Counted from the first letter of the whole stretch, positions 12,197-24,971 are shown. The stretch: 63,426 nt of DNA, filler included, from Octopus bimaculoides (GCF_001194135.2; 4 parts of 4 records of this genome joined end to end with filler, not necessarily neighbours in it); one strand, 5' to 3'. Numbers and translations: made by a program. The notes: generated by a model not told the origin, from the sequence alone.

Positions 12197-12800
12197 CTAT
12201 TCTCTCTCTCTCTCTTTTATTTATAGTTGTTGTTTAGACATAGCAGAGAACACTTAGCTATAAAGATCATGTTTTAACCATTTGCTCTGATTAGTTAGTT
12301 TTTAGGTGCAATTTGTCCCCTAAACAATTATGCCAAATTACCTGGTCAACCAATCAGATGCACTCAAATGGATCATGTGTTCTCTTAGTGGAAAAAACCT
12401 TCGCATATCTGTGGAGCCCAGTAATTTCCTTAAATAGATCAGTTTTTCTCCACACAAAAAGTCTAGTTTGCATTTGCCTCCAGGAAGCTATTCTCTCTCC
12501 AGGAAGCTATTCTCTCTCTCTCTCTTTTATTTATAGTTGTTGTTTAGACATAGCAGAGAACACTTAGCTATAAAGATCATGTTTTAACCATTTGCTCTGA
12601 TTAGTTAGTTTTTAGGTGCAATTTGTCCCCTAAACAATTATGCCAAATTACCTGGTCAACCAATCAGATGCACTCAAATGGATCATGTGTTCTCTTAGTG
12701 GAAAAAACCTTCGCATATCTGTGGAGCCCAGTAATTTCCTTAAATAGATCAGTTTTTCTCCACACAAAAAGTCTAGTTTGCATTTGCCTCCAGGAAGCTA
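12197..12800. repeat. Direct tandem duplication of 294 bp
   Basis: 12197-12490 and 12507-12800 appear identical and are separated by ttctctctccaggaag. Confidence 0.9.
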
Positions 12801-15143
12801 CTGCTCATTTTCTCCATGCTACAACACAATGAAATTCATCACTGCTGATATTGCCACTACCAGCTCTTACTGCATCCAACATCGACAACATCATAATTCA
12901 TCCTTGCGCATGTAAACTCACTAAGTGAATATGACTTTTAGCGTATCTACAGAAACTTTCATTTACCTTATATAATGTTTAATGTCATTTCACATTCATG
13001 TTGAATCATGCAGCAATTTTATGTTCCCTTCACAGAACAGTTGTAATGTATGTATTACCAGTTCTTTTGGTATAGTAGATTTTTGCTATTCTTGTTTATG
13101 TCTCCTTACAGACATGTATATTCTAACAAGTTGCTTCTTAAATTTTGCACCTTTCTTGTTCTATAAACACCGAGTTAAACTTGCAAAGCTGTTTATTTTC
13201 TCCTTTCAATTTTTTTTCACTTTAGCAGGTTACCAAACTATCAGTTTAGTCTCCCGGCTAAAACGGTAATGAGAAATTATTAAGTTTGCTTGACATTTTA
13301 TAAGTGTGAAAGGGATTAAAATTTTGATACTCTGTATCAAAAGTTCCACATGAATAGGTGGAAAATCAGAGCTTGAGACAAGAAGACACTTTCAACCAAT
13401 CAGAATTCTGCTTATATAATCAGTTTGATCGGTCACCTTCCTCTGTCAGTTGAGTGAAGTGTCATCCAAGCTGATGTTTATTGGTAATTAAACTTAATTT
13501 GCAACACCTGTGCATATTTATCAGCTTTGTTTTTGTTGATAATTCTTAACAACTTTTCCTGTTATCGCGATTTGAGAAGACATACAGAGGAGGTGAGACA
13601 CGACACTTTGTAATTTAATAGCTTTCAATGTGATACCTGTTAAATAGAAATTATTTTTATTTAATGAAAATTTAATAAAATTTAATAAGTAAGTGAAATT
13701 ATGCTAAGTACAACTAAATTGAAAGCATTTTCCCCCTGGCCATAATTCGCAATTCTGAAAACTTTTGGGTACAAATTTTACGCAAATAGAAGCTTTTCTT
13801 TTTAACAATTTTTATCTTGAAAATCACCTGCGTAAATTACACAGGTGCACAAATTACATGGGTTTTTATGGTACATCAGTTTATTACTCTATTTACTCTC
13901 TGTACTTTTTTGCCATATGTGGCCAGATTTATTTGTAAAAACTTTCATTACAAAATGCCAATTTTTCTGAAAGTTATGATGAAACAAAACTGACTCAAGT
14001 GAATTTTCCAAAACTCCTCTCTCTACGCATAAGAAACATTTTCAATGTAAATTCCATTATAATACACCATCTGAAGTATATCTGTAGAAATTTTCATATA
14101 AAAAATATCCATTTTTTTTTGAGTTATGATGAAACAAAGTCAAGGGGCATACTTGTGTAGGTATGTCTATACAGTTTATGTGTATATTTACATATATATA
14201 TGCTTGTGTGTGTGTGCATCCACACAACAAACATACTGTATGTGTGTACAAAGAGAAAAAGAGACAAACCAAGAAATGTTAGAAAAACATGAATCATTAA
14301 AAAATTTCAACATAAGTGGATTTTGAATATATATTCATAATTTCCAAGCACTTACATGTTTTATAGTAAGAGTCTTCAAGTGAATAACATTGTCATAGTC
14401 TCAGTAATAAGAGGTTACTGTTGCAAACAGTGACTAAGGAACTAGGTAGTATTTTGGGTTACTCTTAAAACAAAATTTTAATACTGCTTGCATAGCTGGG
14501 CTGTGTGTGATTAAACCAACAACCCTATCAAGTCTGCTTGGTAAGGAGGGTAGTTTTTGTTGGACTCCCTGCAAGACAAGAAACAAAACCTGTTAAAGTG
14601 CAGATGAACTCTGAAGAGTCAATGGTCACTCAACAGCCGGAAGTAAGAGACCAGATGTAACTCTTGTGATGCATCCAATTTCTATTTTGGTAAATTCTTA
14701 TATTGTTAAGAGAGTAGGATTGGCCCTGTGCAATTGGCCTTTTTTCACAGAGTATTGCTTGATTTTTAACATCTCTCTTATGTGGTGCAAATTATGGCTG
14801 GCTGGAGCTGAAAAAGGCAAAACGCTCAATAAAAAATTCCATGAGGAAATGAAGATATGAATCAGTATGGGTGGTAAACTCTCTAAACACCTATGAAAGT
14901 GTTCATTGTATCCACATCTGCATAAAAGAATGTAGATCCCTAACAGGATGGAAAAGCCAAAACTGTGATATTCATGCTTAAGAGATCAATCAAATGACCA
15001 TGGCACTGCTCAAAATTGAGTTGCAGCCACTATATATATATACCTTAATAATATTGTATAAAATATTGGAATAATAATTAAATAGAAATGGCTAAATGAA
15101 GCTAAATGTTCTTAATAATAACGCTCATTTAACATTAGTTTAA

Positions 15144-15567
15144 TCCTTTCATTACAAACCTGACCATAGACACCCAAAAATTTTCCCGGCTTATGTTACC
15201 AACCTGGACAAAAACAAGCCAAAATAACCTAGTCATATTTCAGCACAAATTTTGTTAGTACATTCATGAAAATACATGATTTCGATATGTACATAATTGA
15301 GTCAAACTGTCCAATATTATTTTACATATCTGAGTCCTATAAATTTTTGGAAATTTTTTCTTTCACTTCAGTTTTCTGAAACATTTCACTATGGATGAAA
15401 AATGGACACCAGTGTCATGTTGTCAAGCAGTGAATTTGAAGTATTTTCAAAAAAAAAAAGACAGAAAAATTGAAGGAAATACAAGACAAACATAAAAATC
15501 AGGTGTGACTATGAATTGGATATTTCTTTTTCTGAAAGTGAAAAAATTCTGACAACAGTTTCAATAA
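15144..15567 (+). mobile_element. piggyBac-like 5' end, truncated by an RTE insertion
   Basis: Starts after TTAA (15140-43) and is homologous to 16980-17360 (ttagtacattc.tgaa.a..catgatttc; catg.t.tcaagcagtga; gaa...gatatttct...gaaa.tgaa). Confidence 0.5.
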
Positions 15568-16255
15568 CATCATCATCATCATCATCGTTTAAAGTCCGTT
15601 TTCCATGCTGGCATGGGCTGGACAGTTTGACTGAGGTCTGGAGAGCCAGTGGCTGCACCAGGCACCAATCTGATCTGGCAACGTTTCTACAGCTGGATGC
15701 CCTTCCTAATGCCAACCACTCCGAGAGTGTAGTGGGTTCTTTTTATGTGCCACCAACATGGGAGCTAGTCAGGCGGGCCTGGCATCAATCATGTTTGGAT
15801 GGTGCTTTTTACATGCCACCAGCACAAGAGCCAATCAGGGGGTACTGGCATCAGCCACGATTGGTTGGTACTTTTTACGTGCCACCAGCACAGGAGCCAG
15901 TCAGGTGGACCTGGCATCGACCACGTTCGGATAGTGCTTTTTACATGCCACCGGCACAAGAAGCAGTCAGGGGGCACTGGCCACAGCTATGATATTGGTT
16001 TTACTTGACCCAAAAGGTCTTCTCGAGCATATCATATTGCCCGGTGCATCAAGGGTATTCTTAACAGGGTTGAACATGCGTGGCTGTGATCTCACTTTAG
16101 TTATTGCGTTTTCTCAATCATAGCATATCTCCAAAGGTCACAGTCTCCTGTCAAGGCCTCTGTGAGGCCCAACGTTCGAAGGTCTTGCTTCACCACCTCA
16201 TCCAATGTCTTCCTGGGTCTACCTCTTCCACAGGTTCCTTTTGCAGTTAGGGAGT
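15568..16255 (-). mobile_element. RTE LINE 3' end: RT C-terminus, 66-bp repeat array, (GAT)n tail
   Basis: Minus strand encodes GTCGRGRPRKT.DEVVKQDLRTLGLTEA (RTE GRP motif). Four 66-bp units lie at about 15740-16000 and the tail at 15568-15586. Confidence 0.85.
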
Positions 16256-16704
16256 GGGGTAGTACCTGAATATACTAAGAGTTTCAAACTTTTTTCCTTA
16301 GTTATTTTTAGACTTAGTCTAAGGAAACAAAACTATTAGATTATGCTTTTCACCTTTCCCTTTGAAGTGATTACTGTAGAAAGAAATTATTGTACAGAAC
16401 ATAAGTCAGAAATCTGAGCATTTTGATTGATTGATTGGATTAATTGATTGATAGATTGAGTGAGTGAGTGAGTGAGCGAGCATGTGTGCGTGCGTGCATG
16501 CGTGTCTATATAAATTTTCTATATAATTTTTTTAAATGCTTGTTTACTATGGACTTCAGGTGACACATGTGCAATGATATACAGTAACCTCTCTTATGCT
16601 TTGAAAACATTGCATATACAAATATTTCTACAACTATTACACCTTATGTTTCAATCTCTTTTTTTACAGTTAATATTATTGTTTTTTTAATACTGATTTC
16701 AAAT

Positions 16705-16885
16705 TTTGGGAGCAATTCTAGGGGAGGAGTCTGTCGATTACATCAACCTTAGTATTCAACTGGTACTTATTTTATCGACCCCAAAGGGGTGAAAGGCATA
16801 GCAGAATTTGAACTGAGAACATGATGGATGAAATGCTGCTAAGCACTTTGCCTGGTGTGCTAACAATTCTGCCAATCACTGCCTT
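16705..16885 (-). mobile_element. Degenerate CORE-like tRNA SINE
   Basis: Similar to 50003-50180 (tcgattacatc..actggtacttattttatcgaccc..gaaagg..gcagaatttgaac..ctaagca..gctaacaattctgcc). Confidence 0.6.
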
Positions 16886-16979
16886 ATCACTGTTTTTTAA
16901 TAGTAAAGGCACATTCTTTGCAATATTTCATCTTATTGCTGTCTGCTTTAAATTTTATATTTTCAATTGCTGCTATTAA

Positions 16980-17600
16980 CCCTCAACCCATCTGAAAAAT
17001 TTTTTGATTCAAACAACCAACCCAGCTGTAGCCAGCCAAGTGTACCCATTGTTATTTAAATGTGAATTTGAACACAAATCTCATTAGTACATTCGTGAAG
17101 ACGCATGATTTCATTTTGTAAGTAGTTGAGTTATGGTATCCAACATTGTTTGAAGTGATATCTGAACTCAGTGAATTTTGGGAGACTTTTTTCCACATTT
17201 TTTTCTACGTTGGTTTTTTCAACTATAAAAATGGATAGGAGTTTCATGCTATCAAGCAGTGATTCCTATATATGGAGATATTGAGAAAAAGAATGAGTGA
17301 AGTACAAAAGCATGTGGTGTTTGAGAATGAATCAGATATTTCTGCATCCGAAACTGAAAGCAGCAACTCTGAAACTGAAAGTGGCAATAGCAACAGCAAG
17401 GATGATTTTGTACAAGAATGGAGTAAAAAGTTTAAAGATATTTTTATTAATAATTTTTCTCAGGACACAGGGTCTATTCATAATCTTTCTCAGGAAGGAA
17501 AACTGTCAGACTTTTTTCCTTATTTTTTTCTGGTAAGCTTGTTTGAAGCCATCACTGCGGAAACAAACCGTTACACAGAGCGGGATGTTTTATAAGTTTC
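16980..17600 (+). mobile_element. piggyBac-like 5' end with transposase N-terminus
   Basis: TTAA|CCCT start at 16976-16983. ORF 17272-17595 has an acidic/Ser-rich start followed by EWSKKF...F....G..HNL....LSDFFPYFF..SLFEAITAETNRY, typical of piggyBac/PGBD4-like N-termini. Confidence 0.7.
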
Positions 17601-18298
17601 CATTAGAGAAATACTGTGTGAATATTGTATATATGTATGAATAGATTGTATAAACATTTTTCAAATTTACTTCGTTTTTACTTTTTATTTGCTTGTAATT
17701 TTAACTTGCCTGTTAGGTGAACGACAAATTTTGATTTAATTTCTATTGTAAATCTTCATTAAATATGTTCTTGTGTATTCATGTATGTGTGTGAGTATAT
17801 TTCATTTTGTTGATGTATTTAATTTTCTAGTTTTCTCCAAAAACAAATTCCAGCATTTCATTTTATTTTACCTTTACCTGTTCTTCTGTGCATTAAATTC
17901 AACTGATAATCTAGTGTTGTGCACAGTTCTTCTATATTAAAATTTTGTTGCATACTCAATTGAATATTAGCTGATGACTCATTTTCTATGGTGATGTTTA
18001 AACAAAATTTTAATATTTTAATATTTTGCTCAGTTTACCTGTACTTATCTGTAATTAGAGTTGCTTTGAAACAAAAGTTATGCAATAGAATTAAGAATCC
18101 TTTCTTCAATTGTGTTCCAAATATCACATTAATATGTTGATAAGTAAAAAAAAAGTTACAGTTGTTTAATGAAACTAGTTTAAATTCATGATTATTTTNN
18201 NNNNNNNNNNNNNNNNNNNNNNNNNNNNNNNNNNNNNNNNNNNNNNNNNNNNNNNNNNNNNNNNNNNNNNNNNNNNNNNNNNNNNNNNNNNNNNNNNN

Positions 18299-19171
18299 TC
18301 CTTGAAGCATTACTTGAAGAAAATCCTGCATTATCAGTTGAAGAATTGTCAATAAAACTTATTTCAAACCATACAAATGTTCATCGTCATCTTCAACAAC
18401 TTGGAAAGGTCCCTAAACTTGGAAAATGAGTGCCTCATGAATTGTCCGAAAGCAACCGCATTTCCCGAGTTGACATCTGCTCTTCTCTCCATTCTCGCGA
18501 ACTCATTTCACCCTTTTTGGATAGACTTGTGACTGGTGACGAAAAATGGATCTCCTATCGAAATGTTAACCGTTGTAAACAGTGACTTGGTAAAAGGGAA
18601 AAAGCTCAACCACAACCGACAAGGGAACTTCCTGGGGAAAAAGGTTTTTCTCTATATCTGGTGGGATTGCAAAGGAGTAATTCCCTTCGAATTGTTACCA
18701 CCTTGAGCAACAATCAATGCTCAAGTCTACTGTCAGCAATTAGAGCGTTTGAACCAAGTTTTGAAGAAAAAAATTCCCTCTTAAGTGAATCGAAAAGGAG
18801 TGATGTTTCATCAGGACAATGCACGACCCCACACTGCAAAGATCGAAGAGCTTGGTTGGAAAAAAATTCTTCTTCCACCTTTTTCTCCCAACCTTGATCC
18901 TTCAGACTACCGTTTATTTCGTAGTTTAGAGAATCATTTGGGGGACATAACTTTCGCAAGCCAGGAGGAGGTCGAAACTGACATTTCATAGTTCTTCGCT
19001 TTGAAACCAAAAGAGTTTCACATTGATAGGATTAGAAAGCTTGTAAATAGATGGAAGGAAGTCATAGATAATCAGGGAAAGTACATTGATGATTAAATTT
19101 CAATTAAATATAACATTTGATCACTTGTTTTCTTTATTCAAAATCCGGATAGAACTTATGGGATGACCTGA
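18299..19171 (+). mobile_element. mariner (DD34D) transposon, 5' end in a gap, pseudogenised
   Basis: VPHEL, LVTGDEKW, IWWDCKGVI, FHQDNARPH, PPFSPNLDPSDYRLFRSL and RWKEVIDNQGKYIDD*. The 3' TIR ends gggatgacctga followed by TA. Confidence 0.92.
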
Positions 19172-19384
19172 TATATACGTATGTGTATGTATGTATGTTT
19201 ATATATATATGTGTATATACGTATGTATATACGTATATGCATGTATGTGTATATACTTATGTATATAAGTATATATGTATGTTTGTACGTATGCAGGTAT
19301 GTGTATATATGTATATGTGTGTATATACGTATGTATATGCGTATGTGTATATACGTATGTACATATGTGTATATACTTATGTAC

Positions 19385-19415
<31 letters not shown>

Positions 19416-19560
19416 CGTATGTATACATGTATGTGTATAGAGGCATGTTTATATGTATGTGCATATACGTATGCATTTATGTATGTGTATATACATATGT
19501 ATGTTTTTAGGTATGTATGCATGAATGTCTATATATGTATGTACGTATAAATGTGTATAT
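19172..19560. repeat. Compound TA/TG/TATG microsatellite
   Basis: Direct inspection. Confidence 0.9.
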
Positions 19561-19612
19561 ACACTGAAGACGCGTGGATTAGTGGTTGGAATAGTCTGTT
19601 ACAGTCTGTCAG

Positions 19613-19665
19613 ATATAGGCCATGAGGAATACCACAAGGTATTGAAAATACGTATTCGCCTTTAT
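19613..19665 (+). ncRNA. Minimal type I hammerhead-like motif with variant core, in a PLE pLTR-like fragment (about 19565-19800)
   Basis: atatAGGC-CA-TGAGGA-ATACC acaa GGTAT(t)-GAAA-A tacgta T-TC-GCCTttat. Stem I, stem II and a palindromic stem III loop are all present. Confidence 0.6.
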
Positions 19666-20234
19666 ATATTTAATTCTTTATATTGAACACTCAATATTTC
19701 ATATATTCAATAAGACATATTCCATATATTCAATAAGACATTCAATACTTCATTTCATTGTACCATCCATTTTTATATTATATATTATATATTCCATATT
19801 CTATATCCCACATTAATTTTACAAGAATATAAACAAAACATAAAGAACAGACAGAGTTGGAACTCTTTTAAATAAAATATATGTATGTATGTATATATAT
19901 GTGCATGTGCGCATGTGTTTATATGTACCTATATGTTTGTGTATATGTGTATGTATGGGTATGTGTATGTATGTATGCGTATCTATGTGCATATGTATGT
20001 CTATATGCATATATACATGTATGTGTGCATATGTGTATATGTATGTCGGTATGTCTATGTATGTGTGTGTGAGTATATGTTTATGTTTGTGTGTATGTAT
20101 ATATGTATACTTGTATGTGCTTATGTAGGTATATGTGTGTGTGTGTCCGTCTGTGTATATGTTTGTGCGTGCAGTGAGTTATTTCCTCTAATATTAGTGG
20201 TCAACAAAATTAAATGCATTATACTCATTGTGAA

Positions 20235-20554
20235 GGCGCATGGCTCAGTGGTTAGAGCGTCGAGCTTACGATCGTGAGGTTGTGAGTTTGAATCCCGGAC
20301 CGGGCTGCGTGTTGTGTTCTTGAGCAAGACACTTTATTTTACGTTGCTCCAGTTCACTCAGCTGTAGAAATGAGTTGCGACGTCACAGGTGCCAAGCTGT
20401 ATCGGCCTTTGCCTTTCCCTTGGATAACACTGGTGGCGTGGAGAGGGGAGGCTAGTATGCATGGGTGACTGCTGGTCTTCCATAAACAACTTTGCCCGGA
20501 CTTGTGCCTCGGAGGATAACTATCTGGGTGCAATCCCATGGTTAGCCATGTTCG
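20235..20554 (+). mobile_element. tRNA-derived SINE (Meta/V-like central domain)
   Basis: A box TGGCTCAGTGG (20241) and B box-like GTTTGAATCCC (20286), followed by tgtgttcttgagcaagacacttt..ttgctccagttcactcagctg. Confidence 0.8.
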
Positions 20555-20744
20555 NNNNNNNNNNNNNNNNNNNNNNNNNNNNNNGTATGCCGTACTTATC
20601 AGTTTTTCAGTAGATAGATGCACATATTTACATATTTGCATATATGAAATCGTTAATGTAATAAATAAGGACATATTATATTTAGAAAGTAAATGAGTTT
20701 ATTGAGTTAAAAATAATCACTGTCATTCTACAAAGAGTGAATAC

Positions 20745-21095
20745 ACAAAAATGGGTCAGACAAAACAAAGAACAACAGAGTTAGAAATATTGTGCTTTGG
20801 ATTTCCTGCTGTGTTTCTGATCTGGTTGATCTCAGTAAAGTGTCCAGCAGTAGTCAGCCAGCATACTGTCATTCCAGATGTCTTGGTGCCGTTTCTCCTG
20901 GTGAAATGTTTTACCATGTTCATCAGACACTGCTCCAAGGTTGTCTGCAGAGAAATCCAGCTGGGATTCAAAGAAGTGAACTTTCAGTGACATACGACAA
21001 CCCATTGATGAGTAACGTTTCAGAAGATTCTTGATACTATCCTTGTAGTCTAAAGATATGCTTCCATGATGTAAATGAAATAATGCATACATATC
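20745..21095 (-). mobile_element. DNA transposase C-terminal fragment, probably CMC/Chapaev3-like
   Basis: GCRMSLKVHFFESQLDFSADNLGAVSDEHGKTFHQ...WNDSMLADYCWTL. The motif is clearly transposase-derived; the family name is from recall. Confidence 0.6.
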
Positions 21096-21975
21096 ATTAA
21101 TTGGAATTTCTATATAATGAATGAGCTAAAACCAAAAATCTTTCTCATTTTGAAAACTGTACGTGATGTCAAAAAACTAATTGTATATTTGAAATCAGCA
21201 TTAAAAACTACACCTCAAGATTCCTCTCCTGGATCTCTTTCATCAGTATATGTGTTTTATGTAGTTTTCTTTTAGGGCAGCTGAGATATCTTCACCCAGG
21301 AAGTTATCTACCTCTTTCTCTGTATATTCCTTTCTCCCAAATTACTTGCACTTCATATTCGAGGCTCTGATGAAGCTATAGGATGTTATCTGGGTAACAT
21401 CCTATATATGTATATTTATGTGTACATGTGTGTGTATATATGTATGAATGTATATATATGTATTTATATATGCACTCAAATAAAAGTTCATTGCATACTA
21501 TAGCAGAAACAGCTGTAAGCTAATGAAGTTCATAACATAACCATTGTTTTCCCTGTGTCATCTCTTTTTCTTATTACCGCGCTATACTCATCTTACACTT
21601 TGTTCTGAAATATACATATTTTGAGTTCTACACCAGGTTATTACTCTCACAATGCGTAAGCGCAATATACAATGCAGAGAATATAGGGCCGAGAGCAATA
21701 GAGAGGTGGACATACAAAAGTGAATAAATGTAAAGTAAGACGATGGACGAATGACAAAGACAAAATAAATTAGAAACGAACAAAATAAGGCCTCAGGGTC
21801 AAAAAGACACAAATGGTAGATAACACTTAGAGGGCCAACTTAAAGGAGAGAAATAGCAAGACGTGCCAGTGGGACACAGAGAATTTAGGACCGGTCAGCT
21901 ATGCAACTGGTGTAAAAGAGGGAGAGAGAAATGCTGGCCATGGGTCACGTGTTAGCAGCAGATACAGAAGGAAGA

Positions 21976-22021
<46 letters not shown>

Positions 22022-22093
22022 CAGAGAGAAAATAAGGGAAGGGAAAAAGGAGAAAGAAGAAAGGCTAGAAATATATGTACATATATATTATAA

Positions 22094-22128
<35 letters not shown>

Positions 22129-23839
22129 GAATTCCCCCCCCCCAAAAAAAGTCAAAGACGNNNNNNNNNNNNNNNNNNNNNNNNNNNNNNNNNNNNNNNN
22201 NNNNNNNNNNNNNNNNNNNNNNNNNNNNNNNNNNNNNNNNNNNNNNNNNNNNNNNNNNNNNNNNNNNNNNNNNNNNNNNNNNNNNNNNNNNNNNNNNNNN
22301 NNNNNNNNNNNNNNNNNNNNNNNNNNNNNNNNNNNNNNNNNNNNNNNNNNNNNNNNNNNNNNNNNNNNNNNNNNNNNNNNNNNNNNNNNNNNNNNNNNNN
22401 NNNNNNNNNNNNNNNNNNNNNNNNNNNNNNNNNNNNNNNNNNNNNNNNNNNNNNNNNNNNNNNNNNNNNNNNNNNNNNNNNNNNNNNNNNNNNNNNNNNN
22501 NNNNNNNNNNNNNNNNNNNNNNNNNNNNNNNNNNNNNNNNNNNNNNNNNNNNNNNNNNNNNNNNNNNNNNNNNNNNNNNNNNNNNNNNNNNNNNNNNNNN
22601 NNNNNNNNNNNNNNNNNNNNNNNNNNNNNNNNNNNNNNNNNNNNNNNNNNNNNNNNNNNNNNNNNNNNNNNNNNNNNNNNNNNNNNNNNNNNNNNNNNNN
22701 NNNNNNNNNNNNNNNNNNNNNNNNNNNNNNNNNNNNNNNNNNNNNNNNNNNNNNNNNNNNNNNNNNNNNNNNNNNNNNNNNNNNNNNNNNNNNNNNNNNN
22801 NNNNNNNNNNNNNNNNNNNNNNNNNNNNNNNNNNNNNNNNNNNNNAGGGATGGGGTGGGGTGGGATGTATAGGGATGGTGGGGTAACGTGGGAGGGGTGA
22901 CGATGAAAGGAGAGGGTAGAAGGGAGAGGGTGGGTAGGAGTAAAGAGAGGAAGTAGGTGCCAGAGCAAGAGAGGAGAGGTGGGTGGAAGTAGGTGTGAGG
23001 GGAAGAGAGGAGAGAGGAAGAGGGTTAGATGAAGAGCGGAGGAGAGTTGAGCCAATGTGGTGCAAAGGAGTGAAGAGAGAAGATTAATCCCTGCTCATGG
23101 CGAAGACGGGAGTTCTGATGGCCCCTGTGCAAGGACAATCCGAACATAGACACGTGTTGTAAAGAGTGACCGGTAGAGCAGAAATGGCGTCAGACCGGGG
23201 TGTTGTTGCTGAGTCTGATGTCTTGGAGGTGTTCAGCCAAGTGGCGTCCTGTTTGACTGATGTATAGCGATGGACAGAGAGAGCAGAAAAGCAAAAGACG
23301 TTTTACCCGCGGCTAGAATTAATAAAGAAACCAAAGAAAGTGCACTCCCGGCGATGGAGGCCGAAGCAAAGAATACACCCACCAAAGAGGGTGAACCCCC
23401 GGCCAAGGAAACATTTACCAGGAGTTCATCCCATCAAGAGGTGGCACATCAAGAGTGACCGCCTCGTACGAGTACATCACAGATAGCGAGGAGGAAAAAC
23501 TAGAACCTACAGATGGTTATAAAGTTTGCTCCAGGAAAAAAACCCCAAAAAACCGACTCCTCGAATAAGGAGCAGGCCAAGGTCCCCAAGCCTGGAAAAA
23601 TAGAAAAGAAAAAAAGAAAATGTCATTTTTGGACATACCTATAAAGCTACCCAAACCAAAGGACTTGNNNNNNNNNNNNNNNNNNNNNNNNNNNNNNNNN
23701 NNNNNNNNNNNTTAATTAATTAANNNNNNNNNNNNNNNNNNNNNNNNNNNNNNNNNNNNNNNNNNNNATATATAAGTGTGTGTGTGTATGTATGTATACA
23801 TATGTATGTGCAGCAATACACTGGTCTCAGCGTTCATGG

Positions 23840-24568
23840 CAGTTTTGGAATCAGGCCTGGAAGTCGTTTTCCGTAAGCGAGTCGAGGACGTGCATTTTCA
23901 TGTTGGCGAAGAAATGGAAGTCTGCAGGTGCTAAATCTAGCGAATAGGGCCGCTGTGGAAGCGACACCATGTTGTTCTGGGCGAGAAACTCACGAGTGAA
24001 GAGGCCTCGGTGACAGGGTGAATTTACGTTGTGAAGAATCCAGTTTTTCGCGCGCCACAGATCCGGTCGCTTCCGCCAAATGTCCTCCTCGAAACGTTTC
24101 AAAACGTCGTTGATTATCCTCCGACGATCCTCATGCACGACCTGATAAACTTTCACCACATTGCCGGGGTGAGGCGCGTGACAGGTCTTTCAGATCTCTC
24201 ATCGTCTTCCAAAGCCATTCTTCTGATCTTGAAGCACCTTGAAGCATTGCGTACCACCCACTGCCTCGTCACTGTAAGCCTGCTGAAGTACGCTCAATGT
24301 CTCTGTAGCAGACTTCCCAAGTTTAACGCAAAATTTCATGTTCGCCCTTTGTTCCAACTCCCAGTCCATTACAAAAATTGCAGACTACAGCAAACACGTG
24401 ATCACATAAACACAAATTTCACAATCTCCGAAGTAAACACTGTGATGTCATTCGGCACGTTGTCTCATGAAGGTCACTGCTAGCACTCACTCCGCATGCA
24501 ACCGTGTTCTTCCATGTGTTTGGCGCGCAAGAGAACTAGTCCGGGGAAGTTTTCACACCACTTCACGA
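23840..24568 (-). mobile_element. Internally deleted mariner
   Basis: The N-terminus MDWELEQRANMKFCVKLGKSATETLSVLQQAYSDEA is joined to KRPDLWRAKNWILHNVNSPCH...LPQRPYSLDLAPADFHFF. A TIR-like cgtgaagtggtgtgaaaacttccccggact lies at the 5' end (about 24567). Confidence 0.85.
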
Positions 24569-24855
24569 ATCGGGTATTTTAAAAGTAAAGCACCAAAGTT
24601 GAGTTTGGTGATATTGCTAGTGTACAAACAATATTTGAAGATAAAAACGTACTCGTCTACGTAGTATATTCACTCGCTGACCGAATTTTCGTAGGTAGAG
24701 TCAAAATGGCTCTTTGTACTTGTTATTGAGATAAAAAAAAAATGTTTAATTCTTACAAGTATTCACCCGATGAAAATTGTTTTTTGCATGATGTAACACT
24801 TCTATTCATCAATAGAAATCTCGTCTGAAACAGCTGTCGTAAACTACAATCCATC

Positions 24856-24971
<116 letters not shown>

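Larger units (their letters stand above)
8990..13871 (-). mobile_element. pogo-family DNA transposon (POGK-like architecture), interrupted by a Helitron
   Basis: Minus strand order: Brinker-DBD-like KLNIIENTFDHGNRAARRHFNVNEANV*NWRK (about 12110-12020), CENP-B HTH KFPELEIEFYHWI (11822-12004), then DDE_1 segments NADQTPLTFD, TGNEKNRFIVMLAC..DGTKLPPYVIFK, LLVLDSF, IPSGMTSILQPLDVGVNKP and SFK.CSISNHLDG. A candidate 5' TIR CCATAAAAACCCATGTAATTTGTGCACC lies next to TA at 13872-73; linking this TIR to the ORF is inference. Confidence 0.8.

Noticed and set aside
15740-16005. Regularly spaced repeats resembling a CRISPR array
   Set aside because: The units are homologous along their whole length with no unique spacers, lie inside a LINE 3' UTR, and there are no cas genes in this eukaryotic DNA.
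23712-23723. TTAATTAATTAA flanked by N runs; also at 55494-55505 and 57824-57835
   Set aside because: Each sits inside a 44N+12+44N block totalling 100 bp and has stops in all six frames. It is an assembler placeholder, not biology.
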